Assembly: GCF_009914755.1 (NCBI RefSeq)
Contig: NC_060925.1
Length of the DNA: 64,000 nt
Strand: one strand, 5' to 3'
Origin: the human T2T-CHM13v2.0 reference genome, Homo sapiens
Shown: in pieces, positions 56,368-64,000 of the stretch
Position numbering within the stretch: the first letter of the stretch is position 1
How the letters are laid out: every line of letters begins with the position of its first letter
The notes under the pieces: model-generated
Databases searched by the model: none
What the model saw: the letters and a program-made list of their open reading frames with translations, nothing else
Told to the model about the DNA's origin: nothing
Made by a program: the position numbers and the translations under genes

Positions 56368-58146
56368 CTGGGATGACAGAGAAACATGGAGAGCAAGAGA
56401 TGAAATTACTGCTCTGCCCTAAACTGCACCCAGAGTCTCTGATTACAGTCATACTCTTACCCCGTCCACAAGAAGGATCCTTGTTTCTAAAATTCCAACA
56501 GAAAAAAAAAAAACTGCTAACTGTATATGTGCAACAACACAATAAGAAAAAAACCTAAATAATCTCCCAGGACCAAAATCCATATCTTCTAGTATCTAAG
56601 ATGTTAGAGAACAAACTTAAAAAAATTGTCTCGTTGAAGCATTGCCCATGTACACATATGCAAATTAAACTCAAAAGAAATGGCCAAAAACAGAAAATAT
56701 TAATAATGCAATAATAACTAAGAGAAAATATTCTGTTTCAAGATTACAGCAGTCCCCAATGATGGAAGAAAAGCCAAGGGAGGTGAGGAGGAGAGAACAA
56801 ATCTATAATATACACTCAGTGGAAACCTCAGTGGCCTCCTCCCTCTTTCTACCCAAAGGAGTCTCAAAAAGTGCATTGCTCAAACTGAAATGGCATTTTT
56901 GTCTCGTCTTCCATCTCTGTTTTCCATTAAAAGCATGGAACCCAGTTTTAATGAAGTTCATAGATTTTTCTTCAGGTTGCTGACTGGGCCATCAGACCCA
57001 GGAATTTGGACTCAGAAGAAAAACTCTGATAATTCTTCAATAGTGAGTCAGAATTTATTCCAGCAGCCTCCAATCAGAGTGTCCTCCTCCCCTGAACAGG
57101 AAAGGAATTGAAACTAAGACTTTCTCTTCAGTCCGGATGGCAGATGGCAGAGAAGGAAATGCCTGAACAGCCCTGACAACTTTCCTGTTAGGGGAAAACT
57201 GCTGGGGTATGTGACCATCATCAGAACTGGGTCTCTGTGGAGGAGAAAGCTTCCTGTTTGCGGGCAGGGCCGCTGCTTGCAACAAGGCCACAGGGTCCTC
57301 CCAGTTGGAATGGAGCCTGGGTATTTTCCCACTGCTGTGACCCAAGGCAGGAAAACCCAGGCTCCTTTGCTCCTACACAAAGCAAGGTCAAGATTGGCCT
57401 CAGGACCCAGCTGGAATTTGAAGCAGCTGAGGGAAAACAACTGGGCTTGGATAAGGCCAGGAGAGTGTGGTTAGCCAAACTCCAGGTCACAGAGACACGA
57501 GCCCAAACTGGAGCCTCAAAAAACCCCCAGGAAACAAGGCTACAGAGAAATGAGTTCTCAGGCCACTGCTGCTTCATTCCTCAGGAAAAGGAGCAATTCT
57601 GCAGGTCTCCCAGTAAGTCCTTGGATAGACGTTCTAACTCTGGAAAAATCCGTTTTTCTGAACAGCATTTGAACTAAGTAGTCTGAATGCCACACTGAAC
57701 CAATCAACAGTCTCCACCTCTCTAAACCCAGTTGTCTCAGGAGAGCCTTACATGGCTTCCCCTTGAGCACCCCCGCTCCCCAGCACCGAGAGTCTGGATG
57801 AGGAGGAGGGGGTTTCTTGCCTGGATGACTCTGGGCTTCTGAAGTATCTCCAGTTGAAATAGGTCTGCTTCCCAAGAGAGGCAGAGGGACAGGGCTCCTG
57901 CAGGTTGTAAACTAGCCAAACCAAATGGCACCTTCCTCCACCTGCTGAGTGCAAGAAGCCACACCTTGACAATGTATCAAGCCCTGAATATAGGACACTG
58001 CGTGAAAGCCTCTGTGCAAGTGTCATGTGTATGTGTGTTGTATTCATGTGTCATGTGTAGGGGGGTGGGGATTGGGAGGTATCTATGAATTCCACCTTGT
58101 CAAAGCTTTCAGTTTGCATGTACGGCAATTAAAATGATGGATGCCA

Positions 58147-58428
58147 ACCAGGCGCGGTGACTCATGCCTGTCATCCTAGCACTTTGGGAGGCTGAGGTGG
58201 GAGGATTACTTCAGCCCAGGAATTCGAGACCAGCCTGGGCAACACAGGGAAACCCTATCTCTATAAAAAATTTAGAAATTCAACCGGGTGTGGTGGCATG
58301 CACTTATAGTACCAGCTACTTGGGGGGCTGAGGTGGGAGGGTCTCTCCACCCTGAGAGGTTGAGTCCACTGTACTCCACCCTGGGTGACAGAGACCCTGG
58401 CTCAAAAATAAAGAAATAAAAAATAAAG
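58147..58428 (+). mobile_element. AluJ-type (CD34 intron 4)
   Basis: Diverged Alu with a deletion in the right arm. Confidence 0.9.
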
Positions 58429-59041
58429 TAACAGATGCCTATGATATCCAGGCACAGTTCTGAGTGCTTTCCATATATTAACTCATTTAGGCCTCACACG
58501 ACCTACGAGATTGGTAGAGTTATTCTACTAATTTTGTAGATGAAGAAATGGAGGCGTGAAGAGACTTCAGAGGCCAGAGCTACTGCCATGGTAAGCACCA
58601 TAAGAAAGGTACAACCAAAGTGCTATGGACATACTAAGGAGCGTGAGGACACGTCTGGTTAAGGTTAGCAGACACATGTCACTATAGGCCTTGAAGAATG
58701 GCTGGAGGGTGAGCAGAGGAAGCCAGTGGGGAAGAGCATTTGGAACTGAGGCCCCACCTCCAGGAAGCCCAAGATGGGGACAGCATGCATTATTCCACAA
58801 CCCTCATTTCAAAGAGAATGAAGAACACTACCTTCTCCCTGGTATTCACTATCCTTCAAGACTCAACTCAGTTTCTACCTCCTCAATGAAGTGGTCCTAC
58901 CTTCAACCAGACTGGGCATCAATCCTTACTCTGCTCTTTACTGGATTCTTTGCAAGTCATGCAACTAGTCTGAGTGTCATGTTCCTCAGCTGTACACTAG
59001 GTTGTTGTGGTGACTAAATAGATATTGTATGAAAGTGTCCA

Positions 59042-59342
<301 letters not shown>

Positions 59343-60509
59343 GTGTCCAATGTGGTGTTGAGAATCTAGTGGGCACTAGATAAATGGCAGCTGCTACTAT
59401 CATTATTAATAATAGTAATACCTTATATACCATATCATCTAGAGTCTACATATTGATCATATTCTATGCATTGTTATTGTCATTTTTCTGTGACTAGATT
59501 GTAAGACTCCTAAGTGTGTGTTGGGGGGAGTGCACATTATAGCATTTACAACCCAGACTGCATGAACCGTGGCACCAAACAAAAGAACTCAGGGAATTGT
59601 TGTTCAACTTAACATCCCAACCAGTTGGCCTCCACACAGGGTCCCTCCACCCCTTGCACAGTTTCTTGGACTAGATTCAAGGGAATAATAGCGGCCAGCC
59701 TCCCACTCTGGAATCCAACCGCATCAGTGAATTGTGTTTGGGCCCCAAGAGGAGCAGGTGGATCCTGAACAAAGCACAATGCTTCTCCGGACACTTGGAA
59801 TAAACATCCTCCCCCAAGAGAGGCTGTGGGCAAACATCACGGGAGAGTGGGCAGGAGGAAGACACAGCCTCACCATTTTGTTCATGAGAATCAGATTTAC
59901 AAGCTCCTAACTACATCAGCTCACACATGTTTCTCTGCAAACACAATAAACCCATCTAACCTCTCTAGAGTAGCATTCTCAAACTTTGCAAAGACTCTTA
60001 ACATCAAGCATTGCAATGGGGACGGAGATGGGGGTGAGGGAGGGACAGGTATTTTTCTAATGACCTTTAAGATATTTAAGATATTAAGATCCTAGAACGC
60101 TGAGATTCTAGGATCAATCATCTCCCCCAACCCCTTTTAATATAATTTTATCTATTTTGGTGTGAGTTTGACAATGCAGGTGAAAACGCTATTTTCACAT
60201 AGAAAATGGAATAATGAAGGGACCTGTTTCAAGTCACCTAACAAGTGGGGGCAGCTAACGAAGGATGAGAAGTGAGATCGTTTCCAGATTGCAGGCTTTT
60301 TCCAGTAGACACACCATCTTCATAAATCCTTCATCTGTAACTTATGTTTTCCGCATGGAAACTGACCTTTAGTGCAAGCTGGAGGCAGCCTGCCTCAGAT
60401 GAAGTCAATGTGAATAAGAGTAAAGTGAGCTAGCTGAGTAATTACAAACTCTGCATATAAACAGATGTGGTACTAAAGATAGGTATACAAATTGGCGGAC
60501 AAAGGACTT

Positions 60510-61310
60510 GACTAGACTTTTCCCCAAAGAAGATATACAAATGGCCAACAAACACATGAAAGAGGCTCAACATCACTAATCATCAGGGAAATGCAAATCA
60601 AAACCACCATGAAATACCACCGCATACCCATTAGGATGGCTGCTATTTTAAAAACCCAGAAAATAACACGTGTTGATGAGGATGAGAAGAAATTGGAACC
60701 CTTGTACACTACTGGTGGGAATGTAAAATGGTCTGGTGGTTCCTCAAAAATTCAAAAATAGAATTCCCATGTGGTCCAGCCATTTCACTTTTGGATATAT
60801 CCCCAAAAAGACTCAAATCGGGTTGCCAAGGAGATATTTGTACACTTATGTTAAAAGCAGTATTATTCACATTAGCCTAAAGGGGAAAAAGCCCAAGTGT
60901 CCATCAACAGATGAATGGAGAAGCAAAACAAGGTTTACACTTACAATGGAATATCATTCATCCTTAAAAAGGAAGGAAATTCTGACACGTGCTACAACAT
61001 GGTTGGACTTTAAAGACATTATACTGAGTGAAATCAACCAGTCACATAACCAGACAAACACTATGACTCTACTCATATGAGGTACCTAGAGTAGGCAAAG
61101 TCATAGGAACATAGGAACAGAAAGTTGCCAGGGTCTGGGGAGAGCAGGGAGTTGTTTCATGGGTACACAGTTTCAGTGATGGAAGATGCAGACAGTTCTA
61201 GAGATTGGTTGTACAATAATGTGAACGTACTTACTACTACTCAATGGTACCCTTAAAAGTGGTTAAGGTGATGACTTATGTTATGTATATTTTACCACAA
61301 TTAAAAATAT
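60510..61310 (+). mobile_element. L1MB-type ORF2 end / 3' UTR
   Basis: CAAAGAAGATATACAAATGGCCAAC...GAAATGCAAATCAAAACCAC...GGAAATTCTGACAC. Confidence 0.88.
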
Positions 61311-63099
61311 TTTGGTGGGTTTCTCTGGACAAATGGGTGTAGCATAATAGTATAAAGTAATCTTACATTTTGGAAACTATTTGGGGAACCACAACCACAA
61401 AAACTAAATTAAGCTGACACTGCTGCCAAAAGAATGACAGTTAGACTCAGGAAGACACATCCTACTAATGAGGGTGCTGAGATATGGTAAAAGGTGTTTG
61501 AGATGAGAGTGGTATCACCTTCCCTTCCCCTGGCTGCCTAGAGATGATGGCTGGGGAGCAAAAAAAAAAGAGTGATTGGGATAGACATGTCTACAGAATG
61601 CACATACAGAAGACACGCCTACAGAATCCACATAGGGTGAGCTAACATATTGGTACTCACTATGTGTCAGTGCAGAATGAGTGTCTGGATAGCTAGACTC
61701 ATGCACATATATTCCTGTTATGGGCATATATTAGATGAGGAGCATACCAACATACATCAAGGATGTGATGCTCGGGGAAACCAAATCCTTCCTGCTCTTC
61801 ACCAGGGTATTAGGTAGGGCCTGAGGCTCCCAACATTAGAACCAATACCTTAAGGCCCTCTGACACCGAAAGTACAAATCCAACCTAAGGAAAATTAGGA
61901 GGCTCTGCAGCATTCGCAGCTTTTGGAACAGATTGTTTATCAGACAAGCAGGGAGTAGGGACCAAGGAAAGGTCATCTCGGACATAATCGGGAGCTGTGG
62001 CTAAACATTTTGGAACAGGATAGCAAGCTGAGGATAAATTACCTTGGGGAGTAGCAGGAGGCTTTGCCGCATGGGGGCTGAGGATGAGGAGCCCTCAGGA
62101 AGAAAGGGGATCAACACTGGTGGAGAGACCAGGGGAACAAAAGCACTCATATGAGCTGCCACAGAGTTGCTTTATGAAGGGGCAGTGTGGATGGAAGTCT
62201 TCTTTGGCATAGGAACTGGAGGGGAGCTGCTCTCTTTTCACATCCCCACTCACAGATACTACCTCAATCTTAGAGGAACATGCAGAGACCTTCTCAGCTG
62301 TGGCACGAAGTAGGCCAGACAGCAAAGACCACAGCAGAGTTAGGAGGAATTATTTCTAAAAGAGCAGTAAGTTTCTGGCACTTTTCTCATACAGTGACCC
62401 AAGTTACATGTGAGCTTTGAAGAGCAACAGAAAGGCAAAGGCTCTGCAGTTAACTCTAAATTCCAGGCACAAAGAATTAGCATTCTGGCACATACCTGTG
62501 TGATACACAGCAAAATGTATGCTCCACCAAGTCGATAGGGTTGCAGGGGGAAAGATCGTCATTTTCCTTGGCTACAACTAGCAAAGAACTTGACAATTTT
62601 TTTTCTAATGAGTTGAGTTGAAAATCAGCATCAGAAACATGCTGCATGTTACTTGTACATTGTATGTTCATGTTTAAGTTAACTATTTTGCAGACTGCAT
62701 TTAGTTATTCTACTATGCAAACTCATGTCTTCACTATTTCTGTTGTTTTTAGATGTCCTAAGTTAAATTCTTTCAGGTATAATTTTTACAAATTTGTAAG
62801 TCAGAGAGACCCAACTGATGATCGTAGTAAAACTACCGAGTTAGAATGGAAAAAATAAGTAATTTAAGCCCTCTACAGGCTGCGATCTTTCCAGTCTATG
62901 CATGCCAGCACATCACATATGTGATTCCCTTAGATGGATCCCCAACTTGTAAGAAAATGTTTTCTTCTGTAAGTAAATACCACTCTTTCCTTCACCTCAT
63001 CCTTCCTCCAGAGCCATGTTACTGTTAGGAAATTAGATTTACTGAAACAAAGCAAGGTCTGCCAGAATCATTTAAAATAACACAATTCCCTGTACATTC

Positions 63100-63900
63100 T
63101 TTCCAATGCAGTAAGACATGAAACTGAAACAAGAGGCATAGCTACTAAACAGGAGGAGAAAAGCAATATATTGTAGTAGATAACAAGATAGCTTACCTTA
63201 AAATTGAAAGGAATCAACTAAAAAGCTCCTAGAATCAATAGGCAAATTCAAGAAACTGGCCAAACCCAAAATAATTATTCAAAACTCTATTAACTTTTTA
63301 ATCTATCAGTGACAATCAATTTGAATATATAGTGGGAGATCTATGTGACAAATAGGCCTATGACATCCATCAAATCTAGAGAAAAAAGCTAAAGAAACAA
63401 GATGCTGAGAGATGCAAAAGAAAACCAGAAAAAATGAAGAAATTTTAGAGCAATTACAATTCAAATTTTAAAGCATTTTTTTTGCATTTTTTTCAAAAAG
63501 AAAAAAATAATTTACATTTTTTACAGTGTAATAAAAAAAGATCTGCCTGACTGGATATTACAAATACTGTAGTAAAAACATACAATAATTTTGAAAATTT
63601 AAAATAGGCAAAAGTACAGACAAACTGAACAAATAAAATATGTCTGAAGAGTATGCCCTAAGACATATAAAAACTTAATATAAGCTAAAGGATACATCCC
63701 ATGCAACAGAAGAGGGAGTCATTCAACAAATAATGTTAGGAAAAACGGTTACATGGAAAATATAACATTACAGCAAAATAAATTCTATATGGATTAAAGA
63801 GTTACATGTAAATATTTAATAATAATAAATGAAATAATAAATGAACTGACATTTTAGGTGACTAGTTTATATCTGGTGAGTGAGAAGGACTTTCTTAACC
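63100..63900 (+). mobile_element. Old L1M ORF2 fragment
   Basis: A-rich L1 ORF2-like sequence (CTCCTAGAATCAATA, ATTCAACAAATAATG, ATGGATTAAAGAG). Confidence 0.65.
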
Positions 63901-64000
63901 AAAAAGCAACTTAAATCTGACTCTCTCAGATTTAAAAGTACTACAGAGGAGGGGAAAATTTAAAAAGTACTATAGAGGAGGGGGAAAAAGTACTATAGAG

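Overview
Human (or near-identical great-ape) genomic DNA, recognisable as the chr1q32 CD34 / MIR29B2CHG interval. On the minus strand lie the last four coding exons of CD34 (exons 5-8, 56367 down to stop at 54484), the alternative acceptor that makes the truncated ...GERL-ELEP* isoform, and a ~1.2 kb 3' UTR ending at an ATTAAA signal (53300-53305). About 17.4 kb further downstream is a CpG island (~35.0-36.1 kb) with strong minus-strand splice donors. From locus knowledge this is the distal first exon/promoter of the miR-29b-2/miR-29c host lncRNA MIR29B2CHG (C1orf132), so most of 1-35.7 kb is probably its intron. The miRNA hairpins are not in this window. The rest is dense in Alu, MIR, L1, L2, MLT and hAT/MER repeats, and almost all ORF-track entries are spurious. 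I see no new protein-coding system. The most notable unexplained structure is a set of local template-switch scars: two short segments copied from 0.7 and 2.2 kb away, each flanked by a 15-16 bp target duplication, plus fold-back duplications. Other points of interest are a palindrome-containing 30-bp minisatellite, a near-perfect CTCF site just 3' of CD34, regulatory motif clusters, and a symmetric TM exon whose skipping would give soluble CD34. Repeat subfamily names and boundaries are by eye and approximate.
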